Part shown: positions 50,071-62,264 of the stretch, piece by piece
How the letters are laid out: the number at the start of each line of letters is the position of its first letter
Numbering within the stretch: position 1 is the stretch's first letter
Source of the DNA: Lingula anatina
Lineage: Eukaryota; Animalia; Brachiopoda
DNA length: 64,000 nucleotides
Direction of reading: 5' to 3'
NCBI GenBank assembly: GCA_051362555.1
Contig: CM120643.1
Span: forward strand, 6,200,001-6,264,000
Notes under the pieces: model-generated
What the model was told of the DNA's origin: nothing
Database searches by the model: none
Seen by the model: the letters and a program-made list of their open reading frames with translations, nothing else
Made by a program: the position numbers and the translations under genes

Positions 50071-52823
50071 ATGTCTACACAGTCGCTGGTAAGTTTTATT
50101 TTTTATTCAAAACTGAAATTCTGTAGTTCAATGTAAGCCCACACAGCGCTTTTTTTCCCGTCGTTCATGTTTTTATGTGATTAATTAATATTCTAAATGA
50201 AATTCTTAAAAATTTCTTGTCACATGACGATTTGCTGATCATTCTGGTAATGGTACAAATGTAGTTTACATCACAAACTATACCAAATAAAGATACAAAA
50301 CTCTATGTATCCCGTTAACATGATTTCTTTAATTTATTGTACATATTGCAGATAATAGCTGATATGGAAAATGAAATAAAGAAAGAAGAACAGTGTGCTC
50401 GTAAGTTGTGTGTGTGTTTGTATAATCAGACTGTATGTGTTTTATTATACAACGGGCCTAAAACTACTCTTGCAATTTTTTGTTGTTACATAAATAAAAA
50501 AAAGATTTAATTTGTTCATAATAAGAAAGTAAGATATCCTATTCTTTATTTACATTAATTAAGTGGTCAGTTTGAATGTCTGTAATGTAAATATCAAAAA
50601 CGATATATTGATAGTATTTCTTTCTATTTTACTTTTTACTTTGAACAGCCAAGGCCACTGTAAGAGTTTTCTTAACCAACAACTATTTAAAGGCCAAAGT
50701 GGTGGGCAGGGGAACTGCCCTCGGGAGATGGGACCCCCCAGAAAGGTGTGAACCTGTCAAGGTTCACTGATATGGGGGTCCCATCCCTCAGGGCAGAATT
50801 TCTCCTGCCCAAGGGTCAAATATAGAATGGAAATTCATTAAGCCACAAAATGTAAGTATGAGACTTTTTTTTAAAAAATAATGATCTCAGGTAAAAATGA
50901 TTTTCTTTAAAATTGAAAAAGAAAATTTAAAGTCTGATAAGTTTAAGTATTTATTAAAACCTTCATTCCTTTCTTCTAGTGTATTTGATTTATCAGTGAT
51001 TGTAAATATTGGTAAACATTTTATTTTTCATTTTAGACATTAACATATCTTTAAGTTATTTATTTGTTTGTTTTTTCATTCATTCATTCATTCTTTAAAT
51101 TTATTCAGCCTTACCACCCTGGGTCTGGCTGGACATGGGAGCCTGAACCCTTTAGGAACAGGTGCCTCCAGGTGACCACTAAGGACAGCATGGAAGTGAC
51201 CTGTACTTGCGGAGAACTGGACATGGAAATAAAAGGTGCTTGAACTCATAATTCTCGTAACCTTTTAAATGTGTCATGTACAACATTTGGAAATAAAAGA
51301 TTACTTGATCTCACTATCCTATAAAAAAACTGTAGAAAAATGATGAAATGGTCCTTAAATATTGTCAAATACATTTAAGGCTTTATTTTAGTGTATATCA
51401 TAACTTGTAAATAATAAATGAATGTGCCATCTTATTCCAGAGTGGGACTGCATGTACAAGCCTGAAGTCCACACAAGTGGTAAGTCCACACCATTGCTCT
51501 ATTCAATCAACTTGATGCATTTTTTATCTTTTAGGAAGGATTCATGAAATAAAATTACAACAACACCCTGACTCACAGGGTGCAAGTCTGGACCCTCAGG
51601 GGCTGTTGACAATGAATTTGGAGACCTAGCTAATGTGCACTAACTCCATGAAAACTCTCACTGAATACAATCAGGTTAACAGACTAACACGCTTCTCTTT
51701 GTCTCCAACATACTCCAACATACTCACATAATTGGTATTCCTTAAAATTCAATTCTGTTCTTTCAGGTGATACTAAAGAAGAGAATAATGTAGCAATTGT
51801 TAGGAACCTAAGCATTAAGGAACTAGGTAAGGCTGGAATCACAGTAAAATAATAGTGTTATGAATTTTAATATACTTGTACACACACACACATACACTAA
51901 CAAACACACATACCGGTACACACACACATATTCACTACAAGCATGTTGCTCAATCAGGTCGTTAGCATACTTAAGAAGATAATTTATTGATTTTTAAGTC
52001 AATTAAATCTTGGAATGTGTCTTCATCAAATTGTAATAAGTCTACTGAATCCTTTTTGAACATGCACAGATATGGAATGTTACATGTAAGTTTTCACTTG
52101 CTATCATTTTTCTCTTTTGCTGATATCAAAGACACAAAGAGTGTGTCAGATGCTGAGGGCAGTGAGGAGAGAGGTAAGACAGTAAGGTCACTTTAAGGGG
52201 GGAATGTACCCAAATATCGCTAAAAATCATCATTTTGGGGTTTTTATGTCTAATTATTGGTCAAATGTGTATCTAACATGTAACGGAATAACCTTTTTAC
52301 ATTTTGAACAAAAGATATGTTTTTTCTGAGGATTTTGATGCTGCACTCATCGGCACCGGTGGCTTGGTCTTTTCATTTAACACACTTAAAAATGTACACA
52401 CACACAAACAGACTCTCAGACACAAACAGATTGAGGCTGGGGTCTTCTGGGTCTTCTGAAGATGTCCAGAATTTTTTATGTTTACATTGATCAGGATCTA
52501 ATTTTTTTGTAGGATGGATCCTACAAATAATGGAGGATGGATCAACAAACATAATTTGCAAGGCTTTCAGAATATATTTCTGGATCCAACCCTGACAAAC
52601 ACTGTTTAATTTTAATTGAATGTGTCTTTGACTATGTAAAATAATGTATTGAATCTTTGTTAATGTGCACAGACATGGAATGTTTAATTTGTGTTCCATT
52701 TTTTCCTTCAGTTGATGTCAAAGACACAACAACTATGACAGAGGACGTGAAGGAGAGAGGTAAGACAGCAGGGTCAATAGAATAGGGATCTATTTATTAC
52801 ACTGATGACGTGATTGTGCATGT

Positions 52824-52866
<43 letters not shown>

Positions 52867-55012
52867 GGTACTGTACTTGTATGCATGTTGCACAAGCTAA
52901 GTCTGGCCTTTGACAGACTTAAGAAGATACTTTATCTTCTGAAAATTGATGTTTTTGTTGTGTAAAGATTGAACACACATAATGTTGATTTGAAAATTCA
53001 ATTTAATTCTGTTCTTTCAGTTGATACCAAACTGAAAGACAAGAACAATGTAACACCTGTAAACCCACTAAGTATGGAGGAGATAGGTAAGAGAGGAATC
53101 TCAGTAAAATAGTTATGACTTTTAATATGCTGTACTTATGAAACACACATGCACACACACACATACACTTACAAACACACATGCACGCACACACACATAC
53201 ACACCACAAGCATGTTGCTCAAGCAAAGTCTTTAGCATAATTAAGAAGATAATTTATTTTTAGTCATTTAAATATTTGACTATGTCTTCCATAAATTGTA
53301 ATACTGAATCCTATTTGAACATGCACAGATATGGAATGTTAAGTTTTTATTCGATATCAATTTTATGTACAGACACAGATGTGTCTGTACATATTGCCAT
53401 CACCTGCGTCTGTCGTCGCCGATGGCGATGCCGTCGCCGTGCACTTTCCTTGTAAACACGATAAGTGGAAGGCAGTTTTACTTTTTGGCTTTATATTTAC
53501 AGAGCTGATGAATATTCATAAAACGCAGGTCAAGTTCGGAAATCAGCATGATCGGGCCATTATTGTGGAAGTTATGCTGTTTTTTCACTTTTCAGCATAT
53601 ATGCAACACTGTAAACACATTTCAAAGAAAACCGTTAGGCCTGTTGTCATGAAACTCACAGGAGTAATCAATCTTACTAAAACGCAGGTCAAGTTCAAAA
53701 ATCAGCATGATCGGGCCACTATTTTAGTAGTTATGCGGTTTTTTCATTGTTCAGCATATATGCAACACTGTAAACACAATATAAAAAAAACAGAAAGCCC
53801 AATTGTCATTAAACTCACAGGAATGGTCAGTCTTACTAAAACGCAGGTTGAGTTCGAAATTCAGCATAATCGGGGCATTATTTTAGAAGTTCTGCTGTTT
53901 TTTGACATTTCTTCAGATTTCCTCAGATTTAATTCTTAGGCATGTTAATAGCCTTATTATTTAAGTAATAAGATACGTAAAAGTGTTTGTTTGACATTTC
54001 CTGCATCTTTACAACATTGTTAGTTGATTATGTAAAAATGATGGTAAACTTGTTATCGTGTATTGTGTAATAAAGTGTCAAAAATGGAAATAAACTCATA
54101 TCATTGCAGTTTGTCAGATTCAATCATTCACTATGTTCAGAATCTCAGAATGGAAGAAATTTGACATTTAACACTGTTCTATTGATATTTTTCACATCTC
54201 ATCAATTTTCTTAGTTGATCTTATAAAAATGGCAGTAACCTATTAATTTTGTTGTATGTTAAAAAAGTGTTAAAAATGGAAATAAACCCATTTCAGAACA
54301 GTGCAGTCTTGTTCCTTTAGCCAATATCAAAGACTCAGAGATTGTGTCAGATGCTGAGGGCATCAAAGAAAAAGATAAGACAATAAGCTTAGGACAATCT
54401 AACGGGGAATTAATTTAACACACTTAAAAATGTAAACACACACAGATGGACTTTAGGTGGGAGACTCTCACACACAAACACTGAGTTTAAATTCACTGTT
54501 CAGTGATCTAAATTTTTGAATGTGTCTTTGACTATGTTAAATAATGTATTGAATTCTTGTTGTGCACAGGTATGAAATGTTTAATTTGTTTTCCTGTCTT
54601 TCTTCAGTCAATATCAATGACACAACAACTGTGAAAGCAGACGTGAAGGAGAGAGGTAAGACAGTAGGGTCAATAGAATAGTAGGGTCAATATTTATTAC
54701 ACTGATGGAATGTGATTGTGCATGTACACACACACACACACACACACACACACTCCTTATGTTGTGCCAACACGGTTTGTGCTTTTGGCATGTTTAAAAT
54801 AATATTGGCAGAATTGTTTATTCCAAATACTGGTAAAAGTGTTTCATTGAAACTTCATACATGAAATATGATATTGCACTGACTTATACTTTTACCTCTT
54901 AGTAAGTAATATTGTATTATACATTTCAGCTCCAAAGAATCGCCGCCAATCTAGGTGGAGGAGGGTATTGAATCTGTTCACGTCTTGCTTCAGACGGAGG
55001 GCACGAACATAA
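50071..55012 (+). CDS. Orphan micro-exon gene, 123-159 aa, charged low-complexity protein with a basic Cys-containing C-terminus
   Basis: Exons 50071-50088, 50352-50400, 51767-51826, [52120-52173], 52712-52759, 53021-53086, [54321-54374], 54608-54655, 54930-55012 (TAA); GTAAG donors, YAG acceptors, open frame throughout; UTR exon from 55377, AATAAA 55459. Confidence 0.75.
50704..50810. mobile_element. Intronic GC-rich hairpin MITE
   Basis: gggcaggggaactgccctcgggagatgggaccccc / gggggtcccatccctcagggcagaatttctcctgccc; inner gtgaacct / aggttcac. Confidence 0.7.
52427..52594. mobile_element. hAT5-like MITE, TSD ACAAA, intronic
   Basis: acaaa|CAG...CCCTG|acaaa; the paralogous intron at ~54465-54485 has a single ACAAA. 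Confidence 0.8.
53365..54312 (+). mobile_element. HINE family 1, 3'-truncated, inserted in an intron T tract
   Basis: 5' hairpin, microsatellite and core repeats; flanks match the uninterrupted paralogous intron at 52050-52120. Confidence 0.9.
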
Positions 55013-56188
55013 ATGGTTATTCTTATTCTTCTTCTTCTTATTATTATTATTATTAATTAAATAATTCTAAACACTTCAGACATTAAGAAATGAAGAAAAG
55101 TCAGTTTTTTTTAAAAGAATTCATTTATTACACATTTACAGAGAAGTTGATTTTGTTTGTCTCTTTGTTTTGATGGTATCATAACTAAGTAAGCTTTCAG
55201 TTTTTTAGAGGAAAACTATGTCAAACAGCTGGTAAAACTGTAAATTAAAGCAGCAAATTAATTATATCACAGCAGCCAGGAGCTGGTGGTTGAAGAGTTA
55301 CTGTCAACATCTATTTACACCTAACTGAATGTACGTTTTAACTGAATTACATTGTAATATTTTCATCTTTTTTCAGGGTCGTCAGTGCAGAACTATATGT
55401 ATCATTGCCTCTGTAGCAGCCAGTTAAAAACTGCAAAATGTCATTCTCTTAATTTTACAATAAAATATTAAATTTTTGTAATCAGATGAGTTTTGTTTTT
55501 CTTTTCTTAATTGAGGGTACCATTAGGGAGGGGTGATCATAGTTCATGGGAAATAAAACCATTAATTTACAAATCACAGTAAACAAAACTTTATGCATAT
55601 CTCACCAATAATGCTAGTTGAAAACTGTGAAAATTACGAATTACCAGGTATAAGGCTTAGTTTCACGAAGGGCAAAGAATAAAAAGCCACATTTGCGAGT
55701 CACAGGAATGAGGTGCTTCACGGAATATTGACATTTCATGCATCTCAGAGAAATAAAAAGTGGCTTTCACAGATAACAAAATACCCAGTGGGGCTCTTTT
55801 AATTAAAAAAAGTTTGAAAAAGCAAAATAAACCAATTTTTGTATAAAGGCATTTGGGATGTGATGCAAGAAACCAGCACTTGACTTTTTTTTTTTTTTTT
55901 TTACAATAAATGAAACACTATAGTAATTACCTCATTCCAATAAAACAACATTTGATTTCTGATTTAAGTTTTAAAGTTTGAGGTTTATCTCGAATTTTTT
56001 ATCAAATTCTCTTTTTATTTCATTTATTAAACTTAAGAAATAATCAATACATGGTACAAATTTTTAACTATATTTAAATATATACATAAATACTCATACT
56101 CACACACATGTACCATATCATATGGCTCAATTACTGAAAACTTCTCTTTTGGTTTTATATTCCAGTATGTCCATGTTTAAATACAAAA

Positions 56189-56191
<3 letters not shown>

Positions 56192-56263
<72 letters not shown>
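56192..56263. repeat. (TA)n microsatellite
   Basis: Seen directly. Confidence 0.95.
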
Positions 56264-56267
<4 letters not shown>

Positions 56268-59123
56268 TAAACTCTTAGGAATTCAACTTGCAAATAAGGA
56301 TCCCGTTTTAGTTTTTTTTTATACATAATTATAATATTGAGAGCATTTTAACGTTTGAGCATCTGGTGGCTACAGTGGTTACAGTGGAGGAATGGGGAAA
56401 AAACTTCTCGATGTTATTAACACCACCAGTAAAATAATTGGGAGAGAACTCCCCCAACTGGATGATATCTTGAAAGACAGAATGGAGAAAACAACAAAAC
56501 AAATTATGGGGATCCCACCCATCCAGCAAGTTCTCTTTTTAAATTCTCACCCAGCAATAGCAGACTGCTGACTTTTAAGGGCAGTAAACGGTTTTAAGTA
56601 GGTCTCTATGTTCAGTATTTTAATTAAACTTTTAGGCCTAGTTCATAATTTTTTATTGTCCAGTGTTTTATTTTATCTCTCAAAGGATAACAAATGCCTA
56701 TATTTATATTTTAATATTTTTATTGGCTGAATAAATTCTTACTTTATCTTACCATACTTGTACTATTGCTATAGCCATGTTACATGTATTATCATAAAAA
56801 ATATTGTAAATAGCGGCAACAAGTTCTTTTTCTAACACAATCCCTTTGTTGTCATTTTTCAAAATGATTAAAGGATTTAAAGTATTTTACAGACTGCTCT
56901 TCCCCGTTTCCAACGCTCACAATTTAGGTCTATCATTTAAAATCAAGTGTTTTATTGTATAAAATATAACATGTGTAAAGCCAAAGGCTTCGTCCAATAA
57001 TCTAGCTTTGTTTAATACTGTGCATGAACCCAAAATTATGCTATAGTATAATCAAAATAGAAATATCAAGAATTCTTTAACAAGATGGATCACATTAGAA
57101 ATCTCACCCCCCCCCCCCCCCCCCCCCCAATCCTGCCCCCTTTCTACTGATACCATACAAACAAGCCACCTTCCAAACTCAGCGTGGGTTGGAGTGTGAA
57201 GTAGGTCAAAAGCTCGGATATGCCATGTAAGGGTTCTTAGGGGAGATAAGTGATGTCCTTTTGCGTTTTTTTTTTTTTTTTTTTTATTCTGCCAAATTTG
57301 AGAAAAATATCAGTATCTTTCATGGCACTTAGTCAGTATAAATTCAAATAAGTTAAGTTTCTTTCCTTTATCACGTAATTCGTCAGATGAAGTTAAATAC
57401 AACAAATTCCTAGAAAACCTTTACCCCCTCTGGTGAATGCAATGTGACGTCTGCAGAGCTCAGCGTCTGCCACGCTGGATGATTCTCGCTTCCCGGGAGC
57501 TGAACAGTTAACGCGGTCTGAAAAAATTTAGGGAGAGTCAGATGAAATAGAGAGGGACCGTTGCATCTACAATGTTTTACATAGTGAAGCTGGAGTTGTG
57601 GGCTAATTTTACTCTTTTCTTTTAAAATTCGCAATATACTCTACCTTTCAGTAACTCTATGATACCAAAATATTTTTCTGGCATCTTGATACATTTTCCC
57701 CTTCTGCCTCCCCCTAAAATGGTCCACACTAAAAAAATCAATAATCGTATGGCAATTTTATACAGGCAATTGACCTACTTTTGAACCCATGCGGCGAGTA
57801 TTATGGCTGTGGGGTGAAGACGTGATACATGTCTGTGATATAAAATTATTTCTAATTATATAATTTTCAAACAATGCATGTGGATCATAGGTGCCCCAAT
57901 TTGTGAGTAAAAGAAGCCATTACTTTTTGAAAATTATGAAAAAATTGGAGACAAGCCAAAATCAGAAAAAAATGCATTTTTTCTCTTATATGCAAATTAG
58001 GTCCCCTGAAGTAATATATGACTGGCCGGAAGTGATGTCCACATCAGAGATTTGTAATGGTGATGATCTTGATGACTTTGATGATCTTAATGGTGATTAA
58101 AAAATCTTACCAAAGTTTTCAGTTGTCATCTGGCGAGAAAGAAATTTTTCTGCACTAACACAATCATTCCACGAGCGAAGAAGTGAACGCGCTTCAGAGA
58201 TGCGCTGCAGACGTCACAGCTTTTGGGTGAAAACCACGCGATATTTCGTCATATATGTATACTCATGAAGAACGATGTTTTGCAAGACTTTATGAGATGA
58301 AATGTGTTACACAAAGTATATTTTGATTTAAGTGCAAAACAGTTTACCAGTGACAAATTCAGTATTGATATAGAAGACTGTAAACTGTAACATGCTAACA
58401 TTTGCGTGCTCATTTGAATTTATTAGCAGTAGAATTAAAATGCAGAAATAGGATGGCACCCCACGTGCAGTATAAAGCTCACATTTATTATCGCTTATGA
58501 GTACCATGTTTAAGCCAGAGTTGTCCTTGTAAAGTACATTAATGCAAACAAGCTGTTGTAATTATAAGTTGTTGGTATTTTACTATTTGAGTATAATATA
58601 CGACAAGTAAAAGCTATGACAACATTTACATCACCAGGCTTAAAGTTAACATTTTGTGTCAAAATTTTAACACACCTGCATTTTAAAGATTGCAGGGTGT
58701 CACAAATTAGCTGCAATTTTTCATGCCGCTGTGAAATATGATTTAGACGATAGTCAACTTACAGTGTAGGCCCAAATATATTTTTAAGTCCAACAATATC
58801 TTTTTCTTATTCACCAATTTGTCTTTATTCTTAGCAGTCAAAAGTCATTTGGTTTGTTTCTGAATTGCTCGTGCTGTGAAAATTGTTTCCATCCATAATT
58901 ATCCATAATTCCAATGGCAAGGTTCTACTGAAAGCTGCTCTGGAAATAACCTCTCAGTTAACTAATTAACTTAACTGAACATATATTCAAGCCAAAGCAT
59001 TTTTTTAAGGAAGACCTTATAAAGAAAACAAAAGCTAAACACATTTTTAAAAAGTTATTTTCAAGAGTTTTGATAGGCTGTTATAGTTCACCGGTATGTT
59101 TAAATTTCATGGATATTTTAGAC

Positions 59124-59926
59124 TTAGGTAGTAAGGCAGCTGGTCTGAAGCATAACATTGTTGTTGTTCGTTGACGGGAGTCCCTTCACTGTACCCTTCT
59201 CTGCAAACTGAATGATGTAATAATTGACGTTATCAACAACGCTTACTGACGGTTGGCTGATGGACCCAGCATCGCGAAGAACCTGCAACATTCCCGCGGC
59301 TGCACCGGCGACGAGAGGGGACGCCATTGACGTCCCACTTTTCTCTATCCAACCGTTGGTATTAGCGTAGTTGGCGGCCCTTATTTTCCTCCCTGGAGCG
59401 TAAATATCGACGCACGGTCCGATGTTACTAAATGAAGCCAAGTAATCATCTATTTGGGTGGCGCCGACTGTGAGGGCTCCGCTTACGCTTGCCGGGGATA
59501 CATTACACGCATCGGCCTTGTCGTCATTTCCAGCGGCGACTACCACTGGAATGCCTGCATCCAGCACCGCGTACACGGCGTCATTTATATACGTGGTATA
59601 CGGAAAACCGATTGATATATTTATTACTGATAGACGTTTGTTTTGTTGAACCCGTGTCTTTATCCAGTTTAGTCCTGCCAGGAGGTCCGAAGACGAACAT
59701 GTTGTTGCGTCGCATACCTTGACGGGGATGAGGGTGACCTTCTTGGCTGCTCCATAGGTGGCGCCTCCTAAGGTACTGGCCACATGGGTACCATGACCAT
59801 GGGTGTCTCTGGTATCGGAGAAAGAACTCGCGTGCTATCCTGTAAAAACAGCAAAGAACTTTGAGGAGAACCGTCCTCTTTCTGATTTTTGTGCCGAGTC
59901 ATCCCCTCTCTTTCTCCCTCTCTTTC

Positions 59927-59959
<33 letters not shown>

Positions 59960-62264
59960 CTCCTTCTATATCTCTCTCTACCTCTATCTTCTGAAATTTT
60001 AGTTTTATGAAACCTTGGACATAATAACAAAATTCGTTATTTTGTCCAAGATGAAACTTACCTGGCAAAACTCTTCCTCCGAAGTCACCATGCACTGTGA
60101 TCAGGATTAATTCCAGTGTCCATGACGTATGCGTCTATTCCAGAGCCGAGCGCCCAGGTGGCGAAACGGTCATCATCCGGAGAGTAGTCTATTCTGTCTA
60201 AATTCTGTATAATAAATACGAAATTCATATCAAGATACATCTTTTTTTCTTGGTGGGGGTCAGTGGTGTTATGACAAATGTACTCAGAAGAGAGGCTGTA
60301 TGCAGTATGCAGTAGTGTCCTCACACAGAGAAACTATGAATCATTAAACACACACACACACACATACACACACATACACACACACTAAAATGTAGAGCCT
60401 ACACATGCATACACATGCACATGCGGTGATATTTACCCATGTTTCAGCAGCCGGGAAATACCCTTCACAATGACTTAGTTCTAGCGACATTTCTTTAGCT
60501 TGTTCGATTTCTTCAATATCGCCAGTAAGTTGGCGAAGCAGTTGCACGTCACTAGAAAAAAATTGAAGTACTTCAGTTACGATGATAATTATATCGCGGA
60601 CATCAGGACAAAATATGCATATTTAAAAATAAATTTGTGTGGAATTTCTTCCCAAATCATACGTATTATCAAATAAAGTTTAACTATGATATCTAAAAAA
60701 AATCATATACTGGATAAAAAGATGAAGAAAATATAATTTAGATTGTAAGACATAAAGGAAAAAAAATCAAATAACAAATAATTAATATTATACCAAATTA
60801 AATGGTTGCTTTAGTCTGAACCAATGCTCTCCATCGAAAAGGAATGAGTTGACAAAAACAATACCTATCATTTATATCCCTAAGAATGACGAAGCTGCTT
60901 TTTCTACTAAACTTCACTCTTTGTCGGGAACCTCTTCCTTTCAGGGTGCGACGGACTGTAAGGGAAATATAATTGAAGCTGTAAATTGTAAGTGTGAAAC
61001 GGGTAGGTAGAATATATTGATTATGAAATGAGATATTTGATAACCAATTTTCGGTATATAAAAACGACTCAAGACTAATAAGTACGGTTAACTGCACCTT
61101 ATAGTAGACACATCTGCATACAGATCATAATTGATTTAATTTAACTACATTGTAGTTTATTCTAATTTCGTTTTGAAAATTATCTATTAAGTAGTTTACT
61201 TTCTTTTTGGTTATAAAATTGGTTAGAAGTTTTATGTGAGCTTCTTGTATGTCCTCTAAAATATTTCGCAATTAAAACAGGTATGCCTTTAAGTAAAGAC
61301 TACGTAAATAGTTTTGGCACCAACATGTAAGTTTCTCTTTTGTGCTACATGTATTCTGACACATAAATACAGAACGGTCCTACACGCCATCAAATACTAC
61401 ATAATATGTATAGGAATAATGTATCTGCAACCGGACTTAGGATGGTTCTATTCTGTCGCTTATCATCTTTTCTCAAATTTTAGTATTCTTGGGTTTCTGA
61501 ATACATAACTTCTTATTTTGCCAGTCTCCGGGTGCATGCCATTGCCAACGTGTTGTCTTTGCTCATTGTGGACTTACAAGTCCGAGGATCACATATGGCG
61601 CGACCCACTTGAAAGCGTGCCGAGATTTAACTGGGACGGCGCGAGTGGGAGGCGGGAAACCATTGTCGAATACTAGGTACATGTACATGTATGTGGGACA
61701 TTTGTAGATAGTTATTTACCACTAAGCATTAGTACGGAAATAAAACTGAATTGTACTACGGAACTGAATTTTTCAACAATTTAAAGTGGTGCACCTACTT
61801 CTTCCATACTTGCCACCAGGCAGAAGACGGGCAATGTATTCATTGGGAACGGCCGTACCATCCGTGGGGGTTATCAGGGGCACTAGAGAAAAAAAAGTAA
61901 AGTGATAACAACAACTTTGATAAATAGATGTTATATATATCATCGATTTGCCAAATTGACTCTATTTGAGTCGTTTAAGAAAGAAGCAGTAACGTTACAG
62001 GGGATCTACGCGGGGTTCATATTTAACCTCATTTAATTACGTACCTAAACCTTTCTCCTCGGAGATGTCTATCAGTCCTTTTTCCTTCATCATCTTTTTC
62101 ATTTCTGCGGGGTTTTCCCTTTTCATGTTCTTTAGTCTTCGGTTCTTGGGAATGTTTTCTATCTTAAACTTCAGTCCGGGTGGTGTCTCCTCGCTCTCAC
62201 TGGCATGCACCTGCTCTAACGCGAGAAGCATGAATAGCGCAGAGGCAAAGAGCAAATATTTCAT
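59124..62264 (-). pseudogene. Secreted S8A subtilisin (proteinase K/aqualysin-like) prepro-protease, 6 exons, disabled in this sequence
   Basis: Signal peptide MKYLLFASALFMLLALEQVHA; exons 62264-62045, 61882-~61814, 60955-60865, 60551-60437, 60204-60062, 59839-59124; I9-like VPNEYIA..IEEIEQ; W|NLDRID; triad YVMDTG, HGHGTHVAS, SGTSMASP, oxyanion AAGN; 7-nt insertion gives TGA 60087-60085; in-frame TAG 59837-59835. Confidence 0.9.

Noticed and set aside
50649-50851. Additional exon of the micro-exon gene (AG at 50648, GTAAGT at 50852)
   Set aside because: Contains a hairpin MITE with an in-frame stop, and the end phase does not fit the phase-1 exons
53379-53939. 186-aa ORF and the similar MCLYILPSP ORFs at 31541, 32601 and 25706 as a gene family
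   Set aside because: They start inside the HINE 5' hairpin and run through its microsatellite and core repeats, with different frameshifts in each copy
59124-59783. Bacterial contamination for the subtilisin ORF
   Set aside because: Catalytic Asp and propeptide lie on separate exons with GT-AG introns containing (CA)n microsatellites
59835-60087. Stop-codon recoding (selenocysteine or readthrough) of the TGA and TAG
   Set aside because: The TGA arises from a frameshift; two separate lesions are more simply decay
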